Positions 29,592-40,582 of a stretch of DNA of 64,000 nt are shown piece by piece. Made by a program: the position numbers and the translations under genes. Below the pieces are notes generated by a model. That model saw only the letters and a list, made by a program, of their open reading frames with translations, had not been told where the DNA came from and ran no database searches. Each line of letters opens with the position of its first letter. Position 1 is the stretch's first letter. Origin of the DNA: an uncultured Alphaproteobacteria bacterium (lineage in GTDB: Bacteria > Pseudomonadota > Alphaproteobacteria > Rhizobiales > CAWCWK01); contig CAWJFE010000001.1 in the NCBI GenBank assembly GCA_963842125.1, forward strand, positions 1,475,592-1,539,591. Reading direction: 5' to 3'.

Positions 29592-31685
29592 CTACGCGGC
29601 CTGCACGCTCGGCGGCTCCTCGGCAGCATCCGACGCGCGGCCCCTCGCCGCCCGCATGGCCTCGGCCGCGAACTTCAGGAGGTGGAGGTTCGCGTCCTCT
29701 TCGTACATCGGCCGCCCGTAGAGGAAGCCCTGCAACTCGTCATAGCCCGCATCGCGCGCGAAGGTACGCTGCGCATCGGTCTCGATACCCTCCGCCGTCA
29801 CGCTCAGCTTCATCGCGCGGCTCATGGCGCCGATGGTCCGCAGCACCTCGGCCACGGTCTCGTCCTCGCCCAGCGACAGGAAGCACGAGCGGTCGACCTT
29901 CAGCTTGTCGAAGGGGAACATCCAGAGATAGCTGAGGCTCGAATAGCCGGTGCCGAAATCGTCCATGACGATGCGGGGCCCGAGCGCGCGCAGCTTGTGG
30001 AGCTCGGCCTGGACATGCTCCGGATCGCCGATGAAGAGCCCCTCGGTGATCTCAAGCTCCAAGCGCTCCGGGGCGAGGCCCGAGGTTTCCAACGCGCGGC
30101 TGACGTCGCTGACGATGTCACCGTCGAACTGCTGCGGCGAGAGGTTGACCGAGATGCGCACATCGGCCGGCCAGCCGGCGGCGACGCGGCAGGCCTCGTT
30201 CAGCACCCAGCGGCCGAGCTTTCCGGTCAGGTCCATCTCTTCGGCCAGCGGGATGAAGAGCACCGGCGAGATCAGCTCGCCATCGTCGCCCCGCAGCCGG
30301 ACGAGCGCCTCGAAGCTGCAGATCCGATCGTTCCTGCTGTCGTGGAGGGGCTGGAACTGAAGGACGAAATCGTCGGCCTCGACGGCATTGCGAAGGCGGG
30401 TGCGCAGTGCGTTGCGCAGGCGCAGCTCCTCGTACATGCCGGGGGCGAAGACGACATGCCGATCCTTGCCCAGCGCCTTGGCGCGATAGAGGGCGATGTC
30501 GGCGCATTTCAACAAGTCCTCCGGCGTCTGCGCGTGGGAGGGCGCCAGAGCGATGCCGACGCTTGCCGAGAGCGTGACGGGGATGCCTTCCACCTCGCGG
30601 ATCGCCCGGGTGGCATCCTCGATCCGGCAGGCGAGCGTCTGCGCTTCGTCCGTCGTCGTCACGCCGGTCTGAATGACCGCGAACTCGTCTCCGCCGAGCC
30701 GGGCCAACGTGTCCCCTTGGCGGATATGCTCCCCGATATCGAGCGCGAAGCGCGTCAGCACCGCATCGCCGGCATCGTGCCCGAGCGTGTCGTTGACGGC
30801 CTTGAAGCCATCGAGATCGATCATCAGCACCGCCGCCGTTCCGTCACCGCTCCGCCGCTGCCGCAGCATTCTGCGCAGGCGCTGCTGGAAGCTCGCCCGG
30901 TTCGGCAGGCCTGTGAGGACGTCGTGATGGGCGAGATGGCGGGCCTGCGCGTCGCTGCGCTCGCGGCGGCGAATGAGCCAGGCCGTATAGCCCGCATGAC
31001 CGAGAGCGATAAGGCCGAGCGCGACGACGAGCCAGTGAATGCTTCGAAGCCGCGTCTCGAAGAGCGCCCGCTTCGCCGTCTGATCGATGTAGACCTCCAT
31101 GACGCCGCGCATCTCGCCATCGACGAAGACGGGCACGTAGGCTTCCGCATAGTCGTCCGGCCGGTTCGGCTTGGCGCGGCCGTCGGCGGCCACCACGAAC
31201 GTCTTGCCGGCGAGAACGTGATGCGCGATATCGGGATTGTGCTCGTAGAGCGAGGCGTCCGTCGGCGCGGCGATCCCCTCGTCGGACACGTAGGTCAACC
31301 GGCCCTGGCGATCGAACATCTTCAGCCGAAAGACGTCTCCGGCCATGGCGCCCGTGATCGTTCGCAGCTCCATCGGGTCGGGCCGGCCATCGGTCAGCAG
31401 ACCGCCGTCCGAGGCGAGCTGCTCGGTCATCGCCATCGCCCAGGCCTCGGCCATCCAGGTCGCGTCCTTGTCGAGAAGACGGCGCGTCGTGTCGGAGACG
31501 AAGAACACGCTTCCCACGAATGCCGACAGGATCGCGGTCACGAGCAGCAGGTCGACGTAGCGCTTGCGACCGAGGCGGGGCAACGCCGCGGGCGGGCGCC
31601 TCTCGTCGGAGGCGCCGCGTCCGAACAATCGGCGGGCGCGATCTGCGATCCAACGGCCTTTGTCTTGCGATTGAACCGGAAGCAT
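29592..31685 (-). CDS. Membrane sensor diguanylate cyclase/phosphodiesterase (GGDEF-EAL)
   Basis: One TM helix after the N-terminal tail, a periplasmic domain and a second TM. GGDEF ([11 protein letters not shown]) and EAL (SFEALVRL, ...[10 protein letters not shown]). Start ATG 31685 or 31742; the track ORF extends to 32012. Confidence 0.85.
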   Translation of the reverse strand: MLPVQSQDKGRWIADRARRLFGRGASDERRPPAALPRLGRKRYVDLLLVTAILSAFVGSVFFVSDTTRRLLDKDATWMAEAWAMAMTEQLASDGGLLTDGRPDPMELRTITGAMAGDVFRLKMFDRQGRLTYVSDEGIAAPTDASLYEHNPDIAHHVLAGKTFVVAADGRAKPNRPDDYAEAYVPVFVDGEMRGVMEVYIDQTAKRALFETRLRSIHWLVVALGLIALGHAGYTAWLIRRRERSDAQARHLAHHDVLTGLPNRASFQQRLRRMLRQRRSGDGTAAVLMIDLDGFKAVNDTLGHDAGDAVLTRFALDIGEHIRQGDTLARLGGDEFAVIQTGVTTTDEAQTLACRIEDATRAIREVEGIPVTLSASVGIALAPSHAQTPEDLLKCADIALYRAKALGKDRHVVFAPGMYEELRLRNALRTRLRNAVEADDFVLQFQPLHDSRNDRICSFEALVRLRGDDGELISPVLFIPLAEEMDLTGKLGRWVLNEACRVAAGWPADVRISVNLSPQQFDGDIVSDVSRALETSGLAPERLELEITEGLFIGDPEHVQAELHKLRALGPRIVMDDFGTGYSSLSYLWMFPFDKLKVDRSCFLSLGEDETVAEVLRTIGAMSRAMKLSVTAEGIETDAQRTFARDAGYDELQGFLYGRPMYEEDANLHLLKFAAEAMRAARGRASDAAEEPPSVQAA

Positions 31686-32170
31686 CGTCACGTCCACATT
31701 ATCGTCGTCAGGTCTAGGCTTCCAGGGTAGAAACGCGCCCATTAACGACGAACTAACCGGATACCTTCGATCCGAGCGGCCTCTTCGCGGCGCCTCGTCC
31801 GCCGGGTGCTTCACGGCCAAGGCGGTGAACGATCCGACACGAGCCGCGTTTGTCCTCGGACGGTACGAGCCCGGCCATCGGTGCTCGGTCGGCAACGAGG
31901 AGATTTCCATGTTTCGCATCATCGCCAGCCTCATCAAGTATCGCGCACTTTTCGGCATAGCCCGGCGCTTTTTGCGGAACCGCCGCGCCGTGTGATCGGC
32001 CTTCGGGTTCACGAAGCGGTGATGCGCGCTGGCGCTTGAAGCCGGTCTCCGTCTAGCGTCGTATCTGATGGTGCGACCGCGAGCCTCGCTGGCTGGCGTG
32101 GGCTAAACCCCTGCCGGATTGCGGCTTTTGGTCGCCCCTGTTTTTGTCTGGACAATTCTCGGAGATTTTC

Positions 32171-32698
32171 ATGCGCGCAGCCTTTCTCGCCTCCGCCATC
32201 CTCGCCCTCGCCGCGACCCCGTCCGCCTTCGCAAAGGGCGGCGAGGAAACCAAGTCCGATTGCCCGCGCGGGCAGATCGCGGACACGAAGGGCAAGTGCG
32301 TCGACGCCGACGACAAGTCCGCCTCCGCCGACGCGCTCTACGAGCAGGGCCGCTACCTCGCCCGCAACGGCGCCTATACGGACGCGCTCAACATGCTGCG
32401 CTACGCCGACCAGGCCGATGCCGGCGTGCTGACCTATACCGGCTTCGCCACCCGCAAGCTCGGTGATGTGCGCGGCGGCATGCGCTACTATGCCAAGGCG
32501 CTCTCGATCGACCCCCGGAACACGATTGCGCGCTCCTATCTCGGTGAAGCCTTCCTGATGCAGGACATGCGAGAGAAGGCCGCCGCCGAGTTGGAGGCGA
32601 TTGCCGCCATCGAGGGCCGCATCAGCGAGCCCTATCTCGCCCTCGCCAAGGCCGTCTCGGCCTACGATGACGGCACGTGGGACGGACGCAGCTACTGA
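32171..32698 (+). CDS. Secreted TPR-repeat protein
   Basis: Signal peptide MRAAFLASAILALAATPSAFA and TPR-like repeats (ALYEQGRYLARNGAYTDALNML...). ATG 32171 is preceded by GGAG. Confidence 0.7.
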   Translation: MRAAFLASAILALAATPSAFAKGGEETKSDCPRGQIADTKGKCVDADDKSASADALYEQGRYLARNGAYTDALNMLRYADQADAGVLTYTGFATRKLGDVRGGMRYYAKALSIDPRNTIARSYLGEAFLMQDMREKAAAELEAIAAIEGRISEPYLALAKAVSAYDDGTWDGRSY

Positions 32699-32707
32699 TA
32701 TCGGGTG

Positions 32708-32729
32708 CCGGCGGCTGCAGAGCCGCCGG
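32708..32729 (+). terminator. Hairpin 10 nt after the TPR gene stop
   Basis: ccggcggct-gcag-agccgccgg, a 9-bp stem. The T-tract is weak. Confidence 0.4.
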
Positions 32730-32940
32730 GCCTGTTCTCGCCGATGGTCTTCCCGGCGAGCCTGCCCCTGCCGTCCCTCCCGACGCTTCGGCCCGACGAG
32801 GGGCGAAGGGGATGAGAGAACCTCTCCCACGTCGGCGGGAGCCGCTTGGTACGATACCGGCATAACGCGGGCCGGTTTGCGACCCTGCTTGGACCCTGCT
32901 TTTGGAACTCTTCCTGCATACGCAGGCTCGGCCCTTCGCG

Positions 32941-33125
32941 TTCTCCTCCCCGTCATCCTCGGGCACCGACCCGAGGATCCAGAGCGGCAATCGCATCGCT
33001 CCGATCGGAGACGAACTGTCGTAAAGCGTGTGCTCGGTCTGTCGTTCGTACAGAGGCTCCGCCTATTGCGCCCTGGGCTCTGCGATCGGTGCCCGGGAAT
33101 GGCGGCCGGAGGTAGGGGCGCCTCC
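32941..33125. repeat. RIME/MITE-like intergenic mosaic element, copy 2
   Basis: Collinear with 3404-3586, with the same inverted ends (ccccgtcatcctcggg ... cccgggaatggcggccggagg). Confidence 0.7.
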
Positions 33126-33212
33126 TGAACCATGCTTTGCCGGAGACGCTCTTCTCAGACACCTCCATAGACGCCGTCCCCGAAGCGCTTCTCTCAAAGC
33201 CGGACCGATCGC

Positions 33213-33605
33213 CTACGCCCGCCGCTTCACCCGCTTGCCGCGCATGGTGAGGCTGGCGGCGTCCAGCGCCCAGAGATCGGCTCGGCCCCGCCGGATGTCC
33301 TCGCCGAGTGCGAGGGCGCGGGCCAGCGTTCGGGCGTCCATGTTGCGCCAGGCGGGCGGAGGGATGGTGTCGCGCCAAGGGCCTTCGCAGACCGCATCGA
33401 GGATGATGCGCGCGAAGCAATGGTTGAGATGGACCGGCCAGTGGCGCTCTCGCGGACCCATGCGCCGACGCTCGGCCTCCAGGGGCAGGGTCTCGTCGAC
33501 GAGGCGTCGCCAGCGTTTGCGCTGCGGCCAGAGCGGATCGTCGGCGCCCCTGCGCGGCTGCGCGTCGGGGTCGAGGGCGCGATCGCCGGCCAGCGGCAGC
33601 GTCAT
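33213..33605 (-). CDS. Conserved hypothetical protein
   Basis: 130 aa, ...HWPVHLNHCFARIILDAVCEGPWRD... The ATG overlaps the stop of the upstream thioesterase gene (ATGA). Family not recognised. Confidence 0.5.
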   Translation of the reverse strand: MTLPLAGDRALDPDAQPRRGADDPLWPQRKRWRRLVDETLPLEAERRRMGPRERHWPVHLNHCFARIILDAVCEGPWRDTIPPPAWRNMDARTLARALALGEDIRRGRADLWALDAASLTMRGKRVKRRA

Positions 33606-34075
33606 GGCGCGTCGAAGATGAGGCACGTCGTCGTGCCGTGGGCGTAGAGCTTGCCGTCACGATCGATCAGCTTGCCCTCCGCCGTCGCCGTGCGTCGCCC
33701 GAATGTGAGGAGCGACCCTTCCGCGCGCATCTCGCCGCTCTCGGTGAAGATCGGCCGGGCATAGTTGATCTTGATCTCGACGGTCGTATAGGCTCGGCCC
33801 GCCGGCAGCATGGAATGCACCGCGCAGGCCATGCAGCTGTCGAGCAGCGTCGCCGTCCAGCCGCCATGGACCGAGCCGATGGGATTGTAGACGCGCGCGT
33901 CGGGCGTGCCGGCGAAGACGATCCGGCCCTCCTCGACCTCGACGGCCGAAAAGCCGAGAAGGTCCGCGATGGGCGGGCCGGGGTAGCGACCCTCGGCCAT
34001 GCCGCGCAGCCAGTCCAGACCGCTCATCGCGGCCCGCTCGGCCGGCGACGGCGGCCTCGGAGGGCTAGCGTCCAT
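33602..34075 (-). CDS. PaaI-family (hotdog fold) thioesterase
   Basis: ...YNPIGSVHGGWTATLLDSCMACAVHS... is a typical PaaI/4HBT motif. Confidence 0.85.
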   Translation of the reverse strand: MDASPPRPPSPAERAAMSGLDWLRGMAEGRYPGPPIADLLGFSAVEVEEGRIVFAGTPDARVYNPIGSVHGGWTATLLDSCMACAVHSMLPAGRAYTTVEIKINYARPIFTESGEMRAEGSLLTFGRRTATAEGKLIDRDGKLYAHGTTTCLIFDAP

Positions 34076-34559
34076 CGCCGCCGGCCGTCTTCTCGAACGT
34101 ATCGGGGATCATCTCCGCACCCGGCTTCGAGCGGTCGCCGCCGCGCATCTCCTCGACCTCCGAGCCGCCGCCGTCGATGCCGGCCGTGTTCAGCCCCTCG
34201 TCGAGAAGATCCCCCAGGAGCGGCATGCCGAGGAGGAAGCGCGCGATCGGCACGTCGATATTCTCCATCTCGGCGCGTGCGTCCGCGAATTCGAGAACGT
34301 CGTAGTCGCCGCGCCCGATGAGCGTGAGCGCCACGAGATCGGCTTGCTCGTCGACGTTCATGCCGGTGATGTAGCTTGCGATCTCCTGCCGGGTCGCGTC
34401 GTTCTCGGGGTCGATCTGGAGGACGGAGTACATGCCGTCATCGGCATCGTTCGAGCCCGGATCGGAGACGACCTCCGCCTCCTTGGCATTGATCTGCCGC
34501 GCCTTGACGATGAGGACGCGGACCGTGTCCGGATTGATGGTGAGGCTGATGTCGGGCAT
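34065..34559 (-). CDS. DUF3775 domain protein
   Basis: Acidic 164-aa protein: MPDISLTINPDTVRVLIVKAR...DEQADLVALTLIGRGDY... Confidence 0.7.
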   Translation of the reverse strand: MPDISLTINPDTVRVLIVKARQINAKEAEVVSDPGSNDADDGMYSVLQIDPENDATRQEIASYITGMNVDEQADLVALTLIGRGDYDVLEFADARAEMENIDVPIARFLLGMPLLGDLLDEGLNTAGIDGGGSEVEEMRGGDRSKPGAEMIPDTFEKTAGGDGR

Positions 34560-34610
34560 CGAGGACTTCCTTGTTGGATCGGTCCGACAACGCGGGTTCG
34601 CGATATCGGT

Positions 34611-35102
34611 TCAGCGGCCGGCAAAGCTCGTCACGACCGGCAGACGCGCCTCCAGCCGCCCGAGGATGCGGCGCACGCGCGCCCGGTTCGCGCCGAAGTC
34701 GGAATGGCCGACACGCGCGCGGCTGATCACGGCGAGCGTCGCGGCCTCGTCCGTCGGCATCCCCTCGAAGGGCGACGAGAGCGAGATGAACTCGGCCACC
34801 ACGCTGTCGGGAAAGCCGAGGGCGCGACTGCGCACGACATAACGGTCCTGGGCACCTTCGCTGGCGACGAACTGCGCGTTCGGCTCCGCGAAGATCGCCA
34901 CGCGGAACGCTTCGCGCAAGCCCTCGACGCCGATGCCGAAGGCGGGCGCCGGCTCGTCCACGTCGGCATCGGGCGAAAGGCCCGGCGGCGCGACCAGATA
35001 GCGGTTCGGCCGCGTCTTGGCGTGCAGGCGCGCGAAATCGACGGGGCCGGTATCGGCCGGACCGCCGAGCCGTTCCCAGAGCGGGGCGAGGGGATGTGTC
35101 AT
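34611..35102 (-). CDS. DUF1499 domain protein
   Basis: ...RSRALGFPDSVVAEF...VGHSDFGANRARV... is typical of DUF1499. Confidence 0.65.
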   Translation of the reverse strand: MTHPLAPLWERLGGPADTGPVDFARLHAKTRPNRYLVAPPGLSPDADVDEPAPAFGIGVEGLREAFRVAIFAEPNAQFVASEGAQDRYVVRSRALGFPDSVVAEFISLSSPFEGMPTDEAATLAVISRARVGHSDFGANRARVRRILGRLEARLPVVTSFAGR

Positions 35103-35154
35103 CGCATGAGAGGTAGTGTGCGCAACGAGCGCGACCAGAGCGGGGCGCGGCGGA

Positions 35155-35856
35155 TCAGGACTTCACCGTCTTTGCCGGCCTCAACGGTTCGCGCCCGTTG
35201 CGCGCGAAGGCGCGGCACATGTCGTTGGCGAGGCAGTCGTGGCACTTGGGCGCGCGGGCCGTGCAAATCCGTTTTGCCCAGGTGATGAGCCAGACATGCG
35301 CGTCCCACGCCGCCCAGTCCGGTATCCGGGGCTCCAGCGATTTCGCCGTCCGCTCCTCGGTCTTGCCGCGCGCGAGGCCGACGCGGTTGGCGACGCGGTG
35401 GACATGGGTGTCGACGGCGCAGATCGGCTCGTGAAAGGTGAAGTGGAGGACGATGTCGGCGCATTTGCGCCCGATGCCCGGCAGGCTCATCAACCCCTCG
35501 CGGGTGCGGGGCACGGTGCCGTCATGCTCGTCGAGGAGCGCGGCGCACAGCCGGCGCAGGTTGCGCGCCTTCATGTTGTAGAGCCCGGCCGGCCGGATGG
35601 CGGCGATGAGATCCTCCTCGTCGAGCGCGAGGATCGCCTGCGGCGTGTCGGCGATCGCGAAGAGCGCCTCGGACGCGGCCGCGGTGTTGCGATCGAGGCT
35701 CTGCGCGGAGAGGAGGCACGAGACGCAGGAGCGAAACGGATCCCGCACCGCCTTCACGCTCTCGGGGCGTAGCTCGCGCGCCGGATAGCCGTCCCGCAGG
35801 CGCTCGAACAGCGTCTCGATCTCGTCATCGTCCAAGAGCGTGACGGCTTCATCCAT
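35155..35856 (-). CDS. Endonuclease III-like HhH-GPD DNA glycosylase with 4Fe-4S cluster
   Basis: LLSAQSLD, HhH LPGIGRKCADIVL, and C-terminal CxxxxxxCxxCxxxxxC (CTARAPKCHDCLANDMC). ATG 35856 is preferred over TTG 35892. Confidence 0.8.
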   Translation of the reverse strand: MDEAVTLLDDDEIETLFERLRDGYPARELRPESVKAVRDPFRSCVSCLLSAQSLDRNTAAASEALFAIADTPQAILALDEEDLIAAIRPAGLYNMKARNLRRLCAALLDEHDGTVPRTREGLMSLPGIGRKCADIVLHFTFHEPICAVDTHVHRVANRVGLARGKTEERTAKSLEPRIPDWAAWDAHVWLITWAKRICTARAPKCHDCLANDMCRAFARNGREPLRPAKTVKS

Positions 35857-36094
35857 CGCGGATGAGGCGGGGTTCGTGTGCGTAGTCGCCAAGGTGCCCT
35901 CGTTGACGAGACATAAAAAATGTCGGCACCGCTCGGCGCCCGTCAGACCTCAACGGTGCGGCATCGGCGCGCGTTCCGGGAACCGATGTCGCGGATCGGC
36001 ACTCGTTCCGCCGTCGCATCTCGAATCGAGTTCACGGGTCGTTCACCTTGTCCGGATCGGGCACGAGGGCCTAGGTTGCGCTCGACCCCGATAG

Positions 36095-37333
<1,239 letters not shown>

Positions 37334-37336
37334 GCG

Positions 37337-37609
37337 GTGACGCTGGACGATCTGGGAGAGCGGCCGAGGCGGCGGCGCCGAGCGGCGAAGCAGACGAACG
37401 CCAAGCGCAGCGACGAGCGAACGAAGCTGACGGCTACCTATCTGAACGGTATCGCCGTGGCCATCGTTGCCGTGGGCGTACTCCGCTTCGCCTTCAACGA
37501 AAGCGGAGTCCTGACCGCCAGCGGAGCGCTCTGGCTTCCGATCGGGATCAGTGTTGGGCTACACATCGTGGCACTGCTATTCCTGCGGCGCTATCGAGGA
37601 GAGGAGTGA
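37337..37609 (+). CDS. Small membrane protein, hypothetical
   Basis: 90 aa with a basic N-terminus and two hydrophobic helices. GTG start. A further 30-codon hydrophobic ORF (37611-37703) follows immediately. Confidence 0.4.
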   Translation: MTLDDLGERPRRRRRAAKQTNAKRSDERTKLTATYLNGIAVAIVAVGVLRFAFNESGVLTASGALWLPIGISVGLHIVALLFLRRYRGEE

Positions 37610-37708
37610 CATGGTCGACGAGCTTATCGGCTGGGCGAACCTGCTCTGGCCCCTCATCTTCGTCATCCCGGTCTCGCTCTATCTGACGCGCCGGGAGCGA
37701 TAGGCCCC

Positions 37709-38920
37709 GTGGTCAACCCTTCGTCGGTCGACGGCGCATCTGGCCCTCGCGGCGCCCTCGACGGCATCCGCGTCCTCGACCTCTCGCGCATTCTCGCCGG
37801 GCCGACCTGCACGCAGCTCCTCGGCGACCTCGGCGCGGATATCGTCAAGGTCGAGAACCCCCATACGGGCGGCGACGACACCCGGTCCTGGGGGCCGCCC
37901 TTCGTCGAGGGCGCGGAGGGGCCGACGCGCGAGAGCGCCTACTATCTCTCGGCCAACCGCAACAAGCGCTCCGTCGCGCTCGACATCGCGACCGAGGAGG
38001 GCCGCGCCGCCATCGCCAAGCTCGCCGAGACGGCCGACGTCGTCATCGAGAACTTCAAGCCGGGCGGGCTGAAACGCTATCGCCTCGACTACGAGACCCT
38101 GTCGGCCGGTCGGCCCGACCTCGTCTACTGCTCGATCTCGGGCTTCGGCCAGACCGGGCCCAACGCCTCTAAGCCCGGCTACGACCTCCTCGCGCAGGGC
38201 TATGGCGGCATCATGAGCCTGACGGGCGATGCGGACGGGCCGCCGATGAAGGTCGGCGTCGGCATCGCGGACGTGATGTGCGGCATGTATGCCTGCGTCG
38301 GCATCCTCGCCGCGCTGCGCCACCGCGACCGGACGGGCGAGGGCCAGCATATCGACCTCGCCTTGGTCGATTCGCAGATCGCCTGGCTCATCAACGAGGG
38401 CACCAACACGCTCATGTCCGGCCGCGTGCCCCAGCGGCGCGGCAACGGGCACCCCAATATCGTGCCCTACAGCGTCTTTCCCTGCTGCGACGGGCATTTC
38501 ATCCTCGCCTGCGGCAATGACGGCCAGTTCAAGCGCCTCTGCGCGTGGCTGAACCGCCCGGAGCTCGTCGCCGACCCCCGCTTCGCGACCAATCCCGCCC
38601 GGATCGCGAACCGCGAGGCGATCGAGGCGGAGCTGACGGCCGAGTTCGCCGTCCGGGGCCTGGACGAGATCGTCGATGCGCTGACCGAGGCCGGCGTGCC
38701 CGCCGGCGCCGTCAACACGCTCGACCGCGTCTTCGCCTCCGATCAGGTCGCCGCGCGGGAGATGGTGGTGCAGGTGCCGCATCCCGGCGCCGCCTCGGGG
38801 CACGTCGACCTCATCGGCAACCCGCTCAAGTTCTCGAAGACGCCCGTAACGTATCGCCGCCATCCGCCGCGCTGCGGCGAACATGATGATGAGGTGCTGG
38901 GCGGGCCTGTCCGCAGCTGA
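37709..38920 (+). CDS. Family III CoA-transferase (CaiB/BaiF)
   Basis: GIRVLDLSRILAGPTCTQLLGDLGADIVKVE... plus full-length similarity to the family pattern. Confidence 0.9.
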   Translation: MVNPSSVDGASGPRGALDGIRVLDLSRILAGPTCTQLLGDLGADIVKVENPHTGGDDTRSWGPPFVEGAEGPTRESAYYLSANRNKRSVALDIATEEGRAAIAKLAETADVVIENFKPGGLKRYRLDYETLSAGRPDLVYCSISGFGQTGPNASKPGYDLLAQGYGGIMSLTGDADGPPMKVGVGIADVMCGMYACVGILAALRHRDRTGEGQHIDLALVDSQIAWLINEGTNTLMSGRVPQRRGNGHPNIVPYSVFPCCDGHFILACGNDGQFKRLCAWLNRPELVADPRFATNPARIANREAIEAELTAEFAVRGLDEIVDALTEAGVPAGAVNTLDRVFASDQVAAREMVVQVPHPGAASGHVDLIGNPLKFSKTPVTYRRHPPRCGEHDDEVLGGPVRS

Positions 38921-40582
38921 TCAGATCTTTCCGTCATAGGCGCGGCGGCCGATGCGGCAGGCCAGGACGGTGAAGGTGTCGCGTTCGAGCGCCGCGTGGG
39001 CCTCCGCCTTCAGCGTCTCCGCGTCGTCGATCCAGACGCCGTGCCCGCCGAGCGCCGCGGCGACGGCGGGGAAGTCGGAGCCGTCGAAGTCGACGCCGAG
39101 ATTCGGGCGCCGCGAGGAGCGCTGCTTTCGCTCGATGAGGGCGAGGCTCTCGTCGACGAGGACGCAGACGATGACGGGCAGCTCGAGGTCGCGCAGCGTC
39201 GCGAGTTCGCCGAGCCCCATCTCGAGCCCCGCATCGCCGACGAAGGCGATGACGGGCCGCTCGTCCACCAAGCGGTGCCCGGCGGCGAGGGGGACGGCGC
39301 AGCCCATGGTGCACAGGGCGGAGGATTGCAGCATCCCGCGCGGGCCTCTCGCGCGCCAGACATGGCTGGCAAGGATGCGGTGGGCGCCGCTATCGGCCGT
39401 CGCGATCGTGTCGTCGGGCAGGGCCTCGTCGAGCGTGTGGAAGACGGCGGCGGGGCCGAAGCCCTCGGCTTCGGTTGCGAAGGCCTCGGCGAGCGCCCCG
39501 CGGGCGGCGGATACCTCCCCGTCTGGCCAGCGATAGCCGCGCGCCATGCCGGCGTCGATCGCCTCGAGTGCCGGGGCGACGGTCGACCGCAGGGTAAGCG
39601 AGACGTCGTGCATGCCGTGATCGCGCAGGACCGGCGTGATGTCGATCACGGGCGTTTCGGCGCTCCACGGATGCCGCCAGCCGACGCGCATCTCGATCGG
39701 GTCGTAGCCGGCAAGGAGGACGGCGTCGGCCTCGGCGATCAGCGGCAGGAGGATCGCGTCGGCTTTGGGCGAGAGACCGGCCGCGCCGAGGCAGAGCGGG
39801 TGCGTCTCGTCGAGGAGGCCCTTGGCCTTGTAGCTCGTGACGAGCGGAACGGCGTGACGTTGGCAGAAATCGGCGAGCGCCTGGCCGGCGCCCGCGTTGA
39901 CGGCATCGACGCCGGCGATGACGAGCGGCCGGGTGGCGCGGGCAAAGGCGGCGAGCGCGGGGGCGTTCTCAGGGAGGGTCATGGTTGCCGGCGCCGTCGG
40001 GGCGACGGGGCGGACCTCGTCGCCGTCGCGCGCGGCGCCCTCCATCACGTCGATCGGCAGGTCGAGATGGACCGGGCCGGGCTGGCCGTCCAGGCTGAGC
40101 GCCAGCGCCTTTTGCACCACGAGACCGACCGTGCCCGGCCGCGCCTCGAAGCTGCCCTTCACGATGGGGCGCAGCAGGTCGCGGTGGTCGAAGACCTGAT
40201 GGGTGTAGCTCTCGGCCGTCGCGGCCGGCACGCGGCCCGTCAGGAAGAGGAGCGGGACACGGTCCTGATAGGCGTTGGCGACGACGTTGATCGCATTGGC
40301 GACGCCGGGGCCGAGCGTCGCGACGAGAAGGCCGGGGGCCGCCGAGCCGGAGGGTGCGTCGTGGCTTTGCGCATGCCAGACGCCTTCGGCCATGAAGCCG
40401 GCCGCGTTCTCGTGCTTGGTCAGGACGAAGCGGATGCCGGCCTTGTCGAGCCCCTCGATCAGCGCCAGCACCTCGCCGCCCGGAATGCCGAAGGCATGGG
40501 TGCAGCCGGCCTCGGCCAGCGCGCGGCCGAGAATGTCGGCGCCGGTGGTGCCCTCGGCGCTCGCGCCGGCGTCGGTGGTCAT
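38921..40582 (-). CDS. Thiamine-diphosphate-dependent enzyme (acetolactate synthase large-subunit-like)
   Basis: GADILGRALAEAGCTHAFGIPGGEVL... N-terminal Pyr domain and C-terminal GDAGLEM...ThDP motif. ATG 40582; the track ORF runs on to 40780. Confidence 0.85.
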   Translation of the reverse strand: MTTDAGASAEGTTGADILGRALAEAGCTHAFGIPGGEVLALIEGLDKAGIRFVLTKHENAAGFMAEGVWHAQSHDAPSGSAAPGLLVATLGPGVANAINVVANAYQDRVPLLFLTGRVPAATAESYTHQVFDHRDLLRPIVKGSFEARPGTVGLVVQKALALSLDGQPGPVHLDLPIDVMEGAARDGDEVRPVAPTAPATMTLPENAPALAAFARATRPLVIAGVDAVNAGAGQALADFCQRHAVPLVTSYKAKGLLDETHPLCLGAAGLSPKADAILLPLIAEADAVLLAGYDPIEMRVGWRHPWSAETPVIDITPVLRDHGMHDVSLTLRSTVAPALEAIDAGMARGYRWPDGEVSAARGALAEAFATEAEGFGPAAVFHTLDEALPDDTIATADSGAHRILASHVWRARGPRGMLQSSALCTMGCAVPLAAGHRLVDERPVIAFVGDAGLEMGLGELATLRDLELPVIVCVLVDESLALIERKQRSSRRPNLGVDFDGSDFPAVAAALGGHGVWIDDAETLKAEAHAALERDTFTVLACRIGRRAYDGKI

